A stretch of DNA of 64,000 bases, taken from positions 150,784,001 to 150,848,000 of the forward strand of contig NC_042998.1 of assembly GCF_006345805.1 (NCBI RefSeq), in the 5' to 3' direction. Of the stretch, positions 27,063-41,300 are shown in pieces. Under the pieces are notes generated by a model that did not search any database, was not told the origin of the DNA, and saw nothing but the letters and a program-made list of their open reading frames with translations. Origin of the DNA: Octopus sinensis. Lineage: Eukaryota. A program made the translations under genes and the position numbers. Numbering within the stretch: the first letter of the stretch is position 1; every line of letters starts with the position of its first letter.

Positions 27063-27667
27063 AGATATATCTATGTATGTATGTATGTATGTTTATGTCA
27101 GCTCACTTTTGAGTGCTACTGGTAACATGTAACACAGTACAATCTGTTGCATGGTCGGGTCGTCGGCGACTAAACCGGCAACCCCACCAAGCTTGATTGG
27201 CGAGGAGGGTGTTTATTGGACACCCTGCGGAATGAAAAACAAAACCCGTCAAAGGGCGGAGGAACTCTTGAGAGTCAACGGCCATCCAATAAATGTCTTA
27301 AGGATGTATCATGCGCGGGAACAGAAATAATCGGACTGAATACCCGATCGCGTGGTTAAACCATTGGGAGTGAAGGACTCCTAGCCTTTGTTAGGGCATC
27401 CTTCTAGGAGAAGGTAACTCAGGTAACTGGGATAACTCCGACATAAAACCTGCGGCTCAGTGGTTACCGATGATGTTGACTTGTTCTTCTTTTCGGATTA
27501 TGGCTGCTGTTGCTTAGTGAGTGGGATTGACTCAGTGCACAGCCTTTCCTCACTTTAAAAAAATCTTCTTGCACAGGCATTGCACGATAACAACATTGAT
27601 TAAGCTTCGTGCAATGGCCATACTCGATAACGAGGGGGCAGCCACCATGTATGTATGTATGTATATG

Positions 27668-27731
<64 letters not shown>

Positions 27732-27941
27732 TATATATATACATATATATATATATTATTATATATATATATATAATATATATATATATATTATTTTATA
27801 TAAATATATACATATATATATATATACATATATAATATATATACATAATATATATATATAATATATATATACTATATATAATATATATACATCATATATA
27901 TTATACATATGTATATATAATAATATATATATATATACATC

Positions 27942-27983
<42 letters not shown>

Positions 27984-27991
27984 ATATATAT

Positions 27992-28033
<42 letters not shown>

Positions 28034-28964
28034 GACACGCAAATGCAGAACATATTTTCAACTACACACAGTGATTCCTAAGCCAACCGTGTCCAACCTG
28101 TATCATATGGGATTCTGTATATGGAGAGGTGGAGCAATGGGGAAGTTCAGTCATGGGTGGAGCGCCGGAAGAGTTTCGAATTTAATGTCAGTTGATTGTG
28201 GGGCACGTCATCTCTGTACAGCGTAGGTAGGGGGGTCTTTGGGTTCATCGTTTTTAGAACAGTTGGGGGAGGGGAAAAGGCATTGACCCCCACGACACAC
28301 ATCCTGGCGATCGTTATTACTTCAAACCCAGGTCTATCCTGATTCAACAGACATATATCAACAAAGATTCCAGCCGTGACCATCCCGTCCTTACATTTAG
28401 GCCATGCCAGTGATTTGTAGTAATTTCACTTCTATTTCTAACAGCTAAATACGTCCCTTCCTTTCGGTTTCATTCCGTGATCATTCTATAGACTAGAAGT
28501 GGGTCAAGGCTGTGTCCAGAGATTAATTGACCACTGTCCACAACACACTTGGGATGCTATTCTGTCTGTCTCCTTCATTACAAACAAAATAGATCACCAG
28601 GTATACTGGGGAGGGGGCAACGAAGGGTTGCTGACAGGAGTGGGGGACCAGGTCATGAACGATGGTCGAATGGTTCTTATGATCCACATACACCAGGTCC
28701 ACCAACTGAAGAACGGGAGAATCCATCATCATCGGGCTTAAACAGTTTCCAATTTATAAAGACACTTTAGTTGACTTTTATCCCAAGTGCCGTGCACTGG
28801 GATTGAACTCAAAGTCATGCAGTTTAACAACTGAAAAAATAAGAGATGGTGAAGGCTCTCTCTCTTTCTCTCCGAATGCTTGTAAAACATCCGATTCATA
28901 AATAGGGTAATTATATATATATTGTATTATGTATGTATTTTTTATATATATATAGATAGATATA

Positions 28965-29489
28965 GGCGCAGGAGTGGCTGGCTGTGTGGTAAGTAGCTTG
29001 CATACCAACCACATAGTCCTGGGTTCAGTCCCACTGCGTGACACTTTGGACAAGGCCGACCAAAGCCCTGTGAGTGGATTTGGTAGACGGAAACTGAAAG
29101 AAACCCGTCATATATATATACATACATACACATATGTTGGACTTTACTCATGAGGTATTGGAATCCTACATATATACCATTCTGCCTAAAAAAATGAATC
29201 TACAACTTCTTCAATATCCCTACATATCTTGCGTCTATTTTCTTTCCTCCACCTCACTCTCTATTTTGTATGACATCTAAACTATGACTTAACCACGGCA
29301 CATGGCTAAGTGGTGATGGTATTCGGCTCACGGAGTTCAATTCCTGACAGCGCATTGTCTCTCACATCGTCTCCGATGAAGGGATATAATCTATAAGTAT
29401 CCTGGAAACAGCTGTAAGACATATCTATAAATGTTCTAATATCTTACACACCTTTGGATTTTTTTATCTCACATTACGCAAAAATTTCT

Positions 29490-29540
<51 letters not shown>

Positions 29541-29626
29541 CCTTCTTCCCTGAGAGTCCAATAATACTTTATTTGTTCCACGTCCTTGCGTTGCTGTTTT
29601 TTGTTTTTGTTTTCTTGTTTGGATTA

Positions 29627-29695
<69 letters not shown>

Positions 29696-29915
29696 ATATG
29701 TATATGTATGTTTGTCCCCCACCCCCAATCACATCGCTTAACAACCGATGGTAACATGTCTACGTCCCCGTAACTTAGCGGTTCAGCAAAAGAGAGTGAA
29801 AGAATAAGTACTAGGATTACAAGTCTGGGGTCGATTTGTTTGACTAAAGGCGGTGCTCCAGCTTGGCAGTAGTCAAATGACTGAAACAAATAAAAAGAAT
29901 AAAAAAAGAAAAGAA
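28965..29915 (+). mobile_element. CORE-type SINE 5' half (28965-29125) and 3' half (29700-29915), separated by inserted sequence including a hammerhead-bearing fragment
   Basis: Both halves match the 62742-63195 copy in order and orientation. The interruption falls in the internal microsatellite. Confidence 0.55.
29369..29420 (+). ncRNA. Hammerhead relic in a pLTR-like fragment
   Basis: gtct-CCGATGA-ag-ggata-taatctataag-tatcc-tg-GAAAC-agct-GTA-agac. It has the same stem III and cleavage motif as IR2, with a U4C core change. Confidence 0.6.
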
Positions 29916-32177
29916 TGTATGTATATATGTGTATAAATGTATGTATGTATATGTATTGTGTATGTTTTAATGATCTTAAGGCGTTACAAAGAAACAAATC
30001 ACGCACTAAAAACGTAAGTCGTTAAATGATGACGATGATGATTGGTAGCGGAGACGCCAATATATATACATACCATGTATGTATATATATGCACATACAT
30101 ATATGTGTGTTTCGCTCTGACTATGTGTCTGTATATATATGTTTGCGTGCTGCCTAAGATCGCCTCAGAGCTACGACGCACTCTTTTCAGAGGAAGAAAA
30201 AATAAATACGTTAAAAAACACAAATATGAAATAAAAGAGAGAGTAGAGAGCGTAAGAGATATTTAGAGAGGAGGAAGATATAAGATAAAGAGATGAAAAG
30301 ATAGAGAATGAGAGGAGAGGGAGAGAAAGAGCCAAGCCCCGGCGCGTAATGAATGATACGAACGAAGCCAAGTGGAAAAACCCGATCTTGTGAAGGAGAG
30401 AGAGAGACAGCAGTAAGTAGTGAAGGAGTGGGAGATGGCGAGGAGAGGGTATAAGAGACAGAGAGAGAAAGAGCGAGAGAGAGAAACGGGATGCGTACGT
30501 GTGTATTCGTGCTTTTGTATATCTCTTTGTGTGTGTATGTGTGTGGTAAAGCGGTTGTAACGAGGTGAGTGGAAGGGGGAGTGACGGGAGTGAGAGCGAA
30601 AGATTACACAGTGAAAGAAGGAGGAGGTGTTTGTAGTGTATATGTGGAGGGAAGAGGGAAGCGGGGTAAGCCTGCAACAACCTCAAACAGCCTCGCCGGC
30701 GACATACACAGACACACACACGTCATATAAATGTGGGTGTGTGTGTGTGTGTGTGTGCGTGTGTGTGTGTGTATTCAACTCAATGTCAATTGTAAAATTT
30801 CTCTGTATGATCATATATATACTACATACGTATATATCTGTATATATTATGTATGTATATAATATATATATATTACGGGCTTGGTTGAATAAAAAGAACT
30901 CAATACAAGCTAAGAGTATATACATTATTCGGCAGTAAAGTTACATAAGTAACTCAACAGCCCAGAGTTTCGTACATCACATACTGCATACTGATGTGTG
31001 TGATTGAATTTACCACACACACCAATATATAAGAAGCAGATTTTCTTGTATATATATATATATTATAATATATATCATATATATTATATTATGAGTATAT
31101 ATACATGTGTGTGTGAGTGTATGTATATACATGCATACATATAAATACGTATTACAGATATACATACAATATACATGACGTCCTGTACCCCATACACATT
31201 CATATATATATATATATACGCATTCATATATATATACGCCATAAAAGAAACTCACAAAGTACAAAGTACAAAGTAATAAATAAAAAGAAACGGAAAAAAT
31301 CCGGGAAAAACAAAAAATAAAAACACGAAAAGAGCAAAAGTAAATAAAATACGAAATAAAAAATATTTGAAAAAATGAGAAAAAAGCATAAAACAAAAAT
31401 TGTAACAAAACGCATAAAAGAGAACAAAACAAAAAAAGCAGCGGCTGTTGGAGAGGTGGTAGTAGATGTGGGATAGAAAGATGAAAGAGAGAGGTAGTGG
31501 GAGGAGATAATCTACGAGAGAACTAGGTGGTGGTTGTTGATGGTGGTGGCGGCGTATCAGTGTAGACGTGATGGTGAGAGAGGATGTAAGGTGTGTGGGA
31601 CAGCGGCCGCTATTATTCTTAATGTGGTGGTGTTGGAGATGGCGACGGACGCCGTGCTGCCGCTGCTGCTGTTAGTGGTGGCGTCGGTGGGTAAACGAAG
31701 CGGCAGTGAGAGACAAGGAAGATAGGGGGGTTAGACAGAGATCTGAAGGTGGTAGGAGGCGAGGTGAGAGGTGAGAGAACTCGGCGGCAGCAGAGAGACG
31801 GGGACGGGGTATTTTTATAAAGAGTGAGGGAGGAAGAGGGGAAGAGAGTTTATTGACGACGATAAAAGAGACGATAATAGGGCGACGATGGCGGGAAAGA
31901 AGGAGGAGATGGGCAGACTACGACGAAGGTGTTGTTTGCGCTTCAGTGACTCCTGTTCCAGTCAGTGCGCGCGTGAATGCGAGTATGGTTGTGTATCTGT
32001 ATGTGGACGAACGGAATAGATATGTAGATGTATGTATATATGTGTGTGTTCCCTAGTTTTTAATAGGTTTATTGTATCTCACAGTTGTATACTATATATA
32101 TATATATATATATATTATATCTGTGTGTGTGTATATGTACGTATATATATATATATATATATATATGAGGTAGCTGG

Positions 32178-32210
<33 letters not shown>

Positions 32211-33088
32211 TTTGTGTGTGTGTATGTGTGTGAACGAGAAGCACGCGACGAAGCGGATAAAAGTTTCACTAGCAGGACGAACACACAGACACGGAGGAGC
32301 AGAAAGCTTAAAATCGGTTCGTCTTAAACAAAAATATGATGGTGGAGGAACAATATGATAGACACGGAGAAATGAGACGTTGTGAGAGTCATGCTGTTCC
32401 GCGAAAAGATAGTGATCCGAGTAATAACTTCTACTACCAATAATAAAAATATTTTCTCGTCGAGATAGACAAACCCTCACGGGTATGATGGATCAATTAT
32501 ATCGATCTTCAGAAATTGATTGAAAAACTTGTTACCCTTCTCTCCGATTGACAGTAAAAATTACCCATGGTCTACATTTAGTTGGGTGTAGTGCCATCGG
32601 ATGGCACATTAGAATATATAACATTTGACCGGCAAAATGAAACGTTATAAATTGGAGAGAAGAGGGGTGGGTTAACAGCGTATATTACTGGTATCATTTT
32701 ATTGCGCGCGCACACACACTCCGTAATGCTTTCTGAAATCCCACCTCCGGATTTCACGCCCACACCTGAGTTAATTTTTTTCTTTTTAATGAATTGATCC
32801 AGAAAGGAGACTAAACCAGTGGTCCTTTTAGGCAATGGAAGGAGAGAGGGACTAGAACAGGCTGGGCACAGACGCTTTAGAGGCGAGATGGTCATGTCTT
32901 AACTATGCTTGGATCATTAAGTTCGAGCAGTTTAGGATTGACCTAGGTTTAAAAAAACACCAAATCCTATTGTTCCACACAGGGCTCAGGGTATGTATGT
33001 ATGTATGTATTAATATATATATATATATATTATATATATAGATATATATATATCTATATATATATATATATATCTATATATATATATA

Positions 33089-33169
<81 letters not shown>

Positions 33170-33454
33170 ATATGTATATATATATATATATACATACACA
33201 TACATATACGTAACAGAGACGGGCACAAATACACACTTCACGCAGACATCCACATTAATAACAGATACATACTCTCACAGAACAGTAGAGACGAACAAAT
33301 AAATAGATCACACACACACACGATATATATATACGCATTTATATATATATATATTTGTGAAGGGTGGTAACGGTGGAGGTAGGGGCTTAAGTAATTTATA
33401 GGTAAGAATATCCAGCTGTTTATCGAACTGTATGCGTTTGTGTATGTACATATG

Positions 33455-33538
<84 letters not shown>

Positions 33539-33816
33539 TACGTATATATATATGCACACACACATATATATATACACGCACGCACGCACACACACACACA
33601 CAAGCATAAACACATCATGTGTGTATATATGTGTTGTATATTGATAAGTGTAAATGTGAAACGGTAGAAAACCATTCCATTATCGGTGAGCCTTAAGCAC
33701 AGCGATCGGCGCCTCTCTTATCAAACCTAATCGATTTTTATTGTTTGGCGCCAATCAATAAGTGTACATCACACACACACACACACAGTTGTCTGTACTA
33801 ATGTCTGTATACATAT

Positions 33817-33880
<64 letters not shown>

Positions 33881-34883
33881 GCACACATTGTACACACACA
33901 TATACACGTATGTATATATATATATATAGATATATATATATGTGTGTGTGTGTGTATGTATGTATATATACGTTGGGGGCATGTTTAGTATGTTTGTGTG
34001 TCTGCGTATATGGTGGTGCTCCAGCATGACTACATAATGAAATATAAGTGTAACAGTAAGGAGAATACCCATAGCTTACGGCAGCGCGCGCGCACACACA
34101 CACACACACACGGGTGTATGTAATAATAGCAACGGGTTGTTATGGTCCTCCGTCGGTAGCGACAACGAATGTTCCAGTTAATATAAAATATTTGCTTATC
34201 GACTTCCAACTGCAAGTGGTCGAGTATTTCACAGAGTTGTACGTACCCTTAATACTGACGCCTGCGAGTACTGTCAAACATGATGAAGGACGACCATTTG
34301 AATTGTTGCTGTTACGGGTGAGATCTGATCCACCCGACTATCTTCCAAATCTATCCGTACTTCGACTCGAACATATATATTAAGAACCGAAAACGCGACT
34401 TTTGATTGTCGTGTCTCTAAATACGTAAACTAACTTCATTTTAAAGAAAGCAATATATACCCGGTAGCCACCCGAGTTTTTCCACTGCTTTCGCACCTGT
34501 TGATCTCCCCATGACCATCACCACCACTTTCCGCCAAAGTACGAAGCTCCTATTTGGTTGTTCTCAATGCTAGACACAACAACAAAATCTTCATTTTAAA
34601 AGCATCCCATAAGGCCGAAACGGGGGCACACGACACCTTTTAATAATTGAAATTATAAAACAGGCCACGGCTTCAAGTCGTTGGTTTGGGTCGTCTTGCT
34701 CAGAGTTGGCCAAGGGAAAACAATGGCTAAAATATTATCAAATATAAACAAATGGCTAAAATATTATCAAATATAAACAAAAGTTTTTTCAAATGACTTT
34801 ATGAAAATATATTGGAGAAAGTTGAATACACAATCCATGTATTTGTGTTGCGTGTATGTATATGCATATATATGTATATACAT

Positions 34884-34926
<43 letters not shown>

Positions 34927-35719
34927 ATATATATATATATACATGCGCACACACATAGTTTTCATAATGTATGTCACAGCACGAAACTCGCAGCCCTTGT
35001 GCCACTTATGTAATTTTACAACAGATTAAAAATGTGTATACATATATATATTATGTATATATATGTATATATGTATGTATGTATGTATGTATATAATATA
35101 TATACACACACAGAAATACATAAAGCTGTCTGTTACTTTGCATTATCTACTCCCTCTTTCCCTCTCTTAGTCTGGCTTCCGCCGACCGCCCCCTTGTCTC
35201 CATCACCACCCACTATCCCCCCACACACACAGCCGCCACCTCCGCTGCCACCACTGTCGGCGGCGGCGGCGTGATCCGCCCATCCTTCCCCTACCAACCC
35301 AACACCTTAGCCACCCACAGCTTTTTTGCGGAGGAGCCGCTGCTGCTGCCTGCCGCAGCGAACGCACACACAAGCAATTACACACACACACATATACTCA
35401 CGTACGCTACATACACCACACGTACACAAACAAATACACAATGACAGAGTCCGGTACAGACACACGTACACAACAGAATTTGGTACTCAAACACAAACAC
35501 GCACACACTATAAATAAATATGCAGTTATGTGTGCTTAAAATCATATATGTATATATATATATACATATATACACATACATAACTATAAATATATACACA
35601 CATACACTCACACATAGCTATATATATATATATAAATATATACATACACTTACACACACACACATATATATATATGAATACATCATACATATCTATCTCT
35701 CTATATGTATGTATGTATG

Positions 35720-35751
<32 letters not shown>

Positions 35752-36094
35752 GTATATGACGATGTAAACATAAATTTGGTGACGTAGGAGCAATAAAAAC
35801 AAGAAAAATTTCTTACATTGGCATAATATCAACAATCTACAAGCAACGTACGTATGCACATACACACACACACATATATATATATATACGTATATATATA
35901 TATATATATTATATATATATATATATATACGTGTATATATATATATATATTATATATATATATATAACGTATATATACATACATATACATACATACATAC
36001 ATATATATATTATATATAAATATATACACACACATATATATATATATACACACACACATATATATATATACACACACATTATATATATATACAC

Positions 36095-36125
<31 letters not shown>

Positions 36126-36142
36126 CACACACATATATATAT

Positions 36143-36197
<55 letters not shown>

Positions 36198-38329
36198 CAC
36201 ATACACACACACAAGCGTACGTACATTTGACTGGTAAGTGTATATATAAACGTCATAGCAGAGATAACGACCTGAAACATATATACACATAGGCATATAC
36301 GCATTCAATTCATATATACACTTACATACACACACGTATACATACGCACACCCATAAATAAACATGAACTAGAGAAAGTTAGCAAACGTTCTTGATTAAT
36401 AAGTTTTATAAAAGTGAGCAAAGTTTTCGTAAATAGAGAAAGAATTTTTTTTTTTTGAAGTGGTAAATAATATTTTTGAAAAAAATGAAGGAAGATGAAC
36501 CTCAGACACCCAACATCTTTGTAATAAAGAAATTAATTAATTTTCTTAGTAATTAGTAATGACAAAATCAAATTAAAAACAAGGTAGTAGAAGAAAAGTT
36601 TCAGAAAAGTTTATATCGAGCTTGAAGTTAAGTCGAGCAAAAATATTGAAGATGGTAGAAATAGCAGCTAAATCTAGCTCAGACTTATCTTAAGAAGGGA
36701 TCGACACATTGAAGAATTTTGTTTTGGATATCGGAAATTGGAGTGGTGGTTACTGTTTGACACAGCTTTCATAATAAAATCCAGTTGACCAACGTCAAAC
36801 AACATCAACTACAAACGATGGTGATGATCGCTTGACATGTTAGCCAAATATACCACAAATAACGTTCTACCGTTTTATTCAAGAGGAAGCATTTTGACCA
36901 ATGAAGTCCCTTTCATAGGCGGGATGGCCGCTGTTGGAACACCCTGGGTCACAGGTCGAATATACCCCTCATCCTTTCGGGGTCGATGAAATAAGTACGA
37001 GTTGAGGACTGGAGTTGATGTAACCGACTAACCCCTCCTTTCAGAATTTCAGGTTTTTTTCAACGTTACTGCTGCAAACATTGAATGAGGTTTTGAGATG
37101 TTCATGCTGTTCCGAAGAACATTAGCCGGGTGGAGTATGCAATGTCAGCTCACCCGAAAATCAAAAGTACGTGTGGTACTAGTCCGCCCCGGCAACAGTA
37201 GCTCCTTCTTACTGCATCCCCGACCAAATAAAGGGCCGTACACAAACAATTTCTAGATTTAAAGGGTAAGCTAAATAAAATGTTGTGATGTTCATGCTTT
37301 TCTCATAGCTACTGACACCATTCACTGTCCTTCATTCAAGGGCTACCACAATTTACTGCCGCGGGTCACCAACAGCTTTATTTATGAAGGGCCACTTAGG
37401 TTTTTTACTAATTGTGGTCATTTGTCAGTGTGGCAATGCTGGGGCTGTACCTTCAAAATTCCTAATCGATCATATATCGATCTCACTTCAGCCTGCTACT
37501 TATTTTATCGAAAAGTTACGATTCGATAATGTGTGTGTATGTATATATGATGCAAAATATATTATACACATATATATATATACACATACGCGTGTGTGTG
37601 AAAGGAACAATAGGATTTCTGTGATGTTTATGCATTTCCGAAGTAAGAGAAACTTGGCCAACCTAAGTGAAGACCTTAACGACGATTTTCGTGCGAGATT
37701 GGGGTAGCATAAAACCTGACTAGTTTTACTGTTTATCAGTATAATTGTTCACTTATACTAAATCACAATGATGATGATGATTACGATATTTTTCAAAACT
37801 AGCATAAGAGACCATATTTTTGTGGAGAGAAAGGGATGTGTATATTATTGCTTAATTAAATCGCCCGCTTCCCTTAAACAACTAACTACGAGTAGGGCTC
37901 GGTTGTAAATCATATATGAAGAGAGTATCGATAATTGTTACAGAAAATAAAACAATTCTTTTTTTAAAAAAGAAATCAACTAAATATTTTTTCTTTTACT
38001 AAAGTTAAACGCCGCAAAATGAAAACTTAAAAACAAAAATTAAAACTACATCAATAATTTTTTTCGTTTTTTGGTTTTACAGATATGTTGTATTACATAT
38101 CTATGTGTATGTGTACATACATACATACATACATACATACATACATACATACATACATACATACATACATACATACATACATACATACATACATGCGTGC
38201 ATATTTCATAACACCGATATCAAAATGAAAATGATTTTTTAAAATTAAAATTAGCTATAATATATAATATATATGTATAAAGCACGCACACAAACCAGCT
38301 GAAACCCCAAATAAAGTGCGTTTACTTAC

Positions 38330-41300
38330 CACAGGTGAACTTATGCGACAACCGTCGCAGTCACAGACGGCCGAATGTACAGTTAAAATCCCTTTGGAGA
38401 GCAAAAGTTTCATGCTTTTGCCGTGGTGCCTTATAGAGCGTTTCCAATCTTTGGCTGATTCGCGTCCGCTAACGTACTGAAATTCATTTGGGGTTAACCA
38501 AGAACCTTGGAAATAAATGCAGGGCCCTTTACTTCCCTGACATAATTTCGACAGGTACATAAGGGCCTTATTTTGGCCACATTCAACCTCTAAAATCACC
38601 TGTCCATCCTGATAAATAGGTTTAAGATATTCTTCGGATCCTTCCAGTGAACACGTCACGCTTGTGTAACCGGACGAAGAAGTCCGCGTGGAAGAATTGC
38701 GCTTGGTGTTTGGATTGCTGCTATTAGATGATGAAGATGATGATGATGTTGTTGTTGTGGTTGTCGTCGTTGTCGATGACGATAACGATATTGTCTTCTG
38801 TTGTGACGATAACGACGACGACGACGACGATGATGATGATGATGATGATAGTGTGGCTAAAGCTGCTAGTGATGGCGGTGGTGGTGGTTTTAATATGAGT
38901 GGCACTACAACCGCGGCTGAGCTACGTCTATCCATGTTGCCAACACTGCCGGTCTGCTGGGTTGGCCTACTGCTGCTGCTGCTGATGTTGTTATTGCTGC
39001 TGCTGCTGGTGGCGGCCGTCGTAGTGGTGGAGGTGGTGGTGCTGGTACACGTCGAGTACGAGGCTGCTGCTGATACTGAAGCCGCTGCCGTCGCCACCGC
39101 CGCCGCCGCTGCTGCTACTGCTGTCATCGTCGTAGTTGTCGTTACGGGCGTTATTGTTGTTGTTGTTGTTTTTGATTCAGTCGTTGGCGGAGTCGCGGTA
39201 TGGGTGGTGGTGGTGGCTGGGGAAAGCACCGGTCTTTCACCCGTCACAGCTGCTACTACTGCTGCTGCTACTGCTGCTGCTGTTGCTGCTGGTGTCACCG
39301 CTTCCTTCTCCTTCCCCTCCGGCCTCGTCACCGTTTCTGTTTTTTTTGCTGTTTTTGTCAATGGCAATGACGGTAGCGAAGCCGAGGTTGGTGGTGGTGG
39401 TGGTGGTAGAAGCGGTGGGGATATAGATGGTCGGGGTGTCGGAAGAGTTGCTGGGGATGAGGGTAAGTGCTGTGGTGGTGGTGGTGGTGTTGGCGGTGGT
39501 GACTGTGGAGGTGGTGGTGGTGGTGGTGGCGATTGTGGTGGCAGTGGCGGTGGTGTCTGTGGTGGTGGGGGTGGGGGTGGGGGCGTTTCTGGTGGTGGCG
39601 GCGGTGGTGATGGTGACGAAGGCGTCGCTGTTGTTCCAGTTGATGTGATGATGGTAGAAGTGGTGGTGGTGGTGGTCATGTCTGCCCCAGTCGACTCAGC
39701 GACGACCACCGGGATTGAAACCGCCATGGCCGACACCGGAGATTTCTCCTCCGATATAGTGTGGTCGTCACTGTCTTTCCTATTTGGTGTAGTTGTTGTT
39801 GGTGCTGCTGTCACCAGCGACGGCGATGTTGAAGGTGATGGCGGCGGTGGTGTAACTTCTTTCACGTCAGGACTAACGTTGTTGTTGTTACGGTTGCTAA
39901 TTGCGATGCGGGCGACTGAGCAAGTCTCGCCGTCGTCAGTGTCAAAGGTGGTGTTGGTTGTGGTAATGGTAGTGGCGTTGGAGTTAGTAATTGCCGACAG
40001 CGGGTGAGAGGCGACAGCAGCCAGGTAGACGGCGCGGCTGCTGCTGCTGCTGCTACACTCCGCTACCGCTGCCACGCCCCCCTCCGACCGACCATTCACC
40101 GTTGTCGTCGTAGTCGCCTTCCTCACCTTCAACTTAGCCTTCGTTGTCGACTTGTACGCCTTTACCTTCACCTTCTGCGACGTCACCTCCTCTGCTACAG
40201 TCAATGTCGCTCCGTTGATAGTCGCGATGTTACTGCCGATGGTACTGGTGCTGGTATTAGTGGTAAGCTTATCACTGCTACTGGTGCTGGTATGACCGAA
40301 GATTCCGTAGTTGATCGTATTGTTTCCGCTGTTGTTGGTGGTGGTGGTATTAGTATCGGTGGTGAGGTTGGTGGTGGTAATGACGGCGTTATCGTCAGAG
40401 ATGGTGGGAGAGGTGCTGTCGATGGTGGTGGCGTTAATTGTGATGCTGTTGTTTTTGTTATTGGCGGTGGTGTCAGCGTTAATGTTATAGTTGTTGTTCT
40501 TGGTGGTGGTGGTGGTGGTGTTATCCGTTTTAAAGGTAGTTTCCTCGCCGTTGTCGTCAGTCTCTGTTGCTGTTGTTATTGTTGCTGGTGACCACGACGA
40601 TGATGATGCTGGAATTCTGTCATCACCAGATTTAAACGCTGACGACAGTGGCGGCGGTGGTGATGGCGGCGATGTCAATGGTGGCGTTGAGTGATGTGAC
40701 GAACTTGTTAGCTGAGACGTTGACCGATTTCCCGTTGTCGTCGTTGCTGTAGATGTTGTTGTTGTTGTTACTGCTGCTGCCGGTGCTGCCGATGTTGTCG
40801 CTGCTGTTATTGTTGTTGCTATTGGTTCTTCTGATGTTGTTATTGTTGTTACTGCACTTAGCGCTGAACATGATAAAAATGTCGTGTGATCATTGTTGTT
40901 ATTGCTGCTGTTGTTGTCGTTATAAGTATAAAAAGTCGTAGGAGTGGTAATAGTAGTAGTAGTAGAAATTGTTGTATCTGTAATGTCACAGGTCCGTTGA
41001 CGATGGTGGCGAAGGTACGGGGGGAGAGGATCCTGTTGTTGTTGTTGTTGTTGGGTTGGCAGGGTTTGTTGTATTCCACGATAATAACAACTTCGACGGC
41101 TTCTGCCTGTAGAGGACGCTTCACTGGTGATGGTGGTACCGAGGGCAAAGGAACCTCGTCTCGTGTAAGGGTGAACCCTTTGTGGACCAACGAAGGCCGG
41201 AGACGCAACCGGACCAGCCGACCTATTCTTCGTAATGGCGTCCACCGGCCGGCGACAGTCGCCGACGTAGTTTCGGATGCAGTACTTCCTGTTGATGTTG

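Noticed and set aside
34722-34779. 29-bp perfect tandem duplication (and a 16-bp one near 20602-20635)
   Set aside because: Ordinary slippage duplications with two copies only and no spacers; not CRISPR-like.
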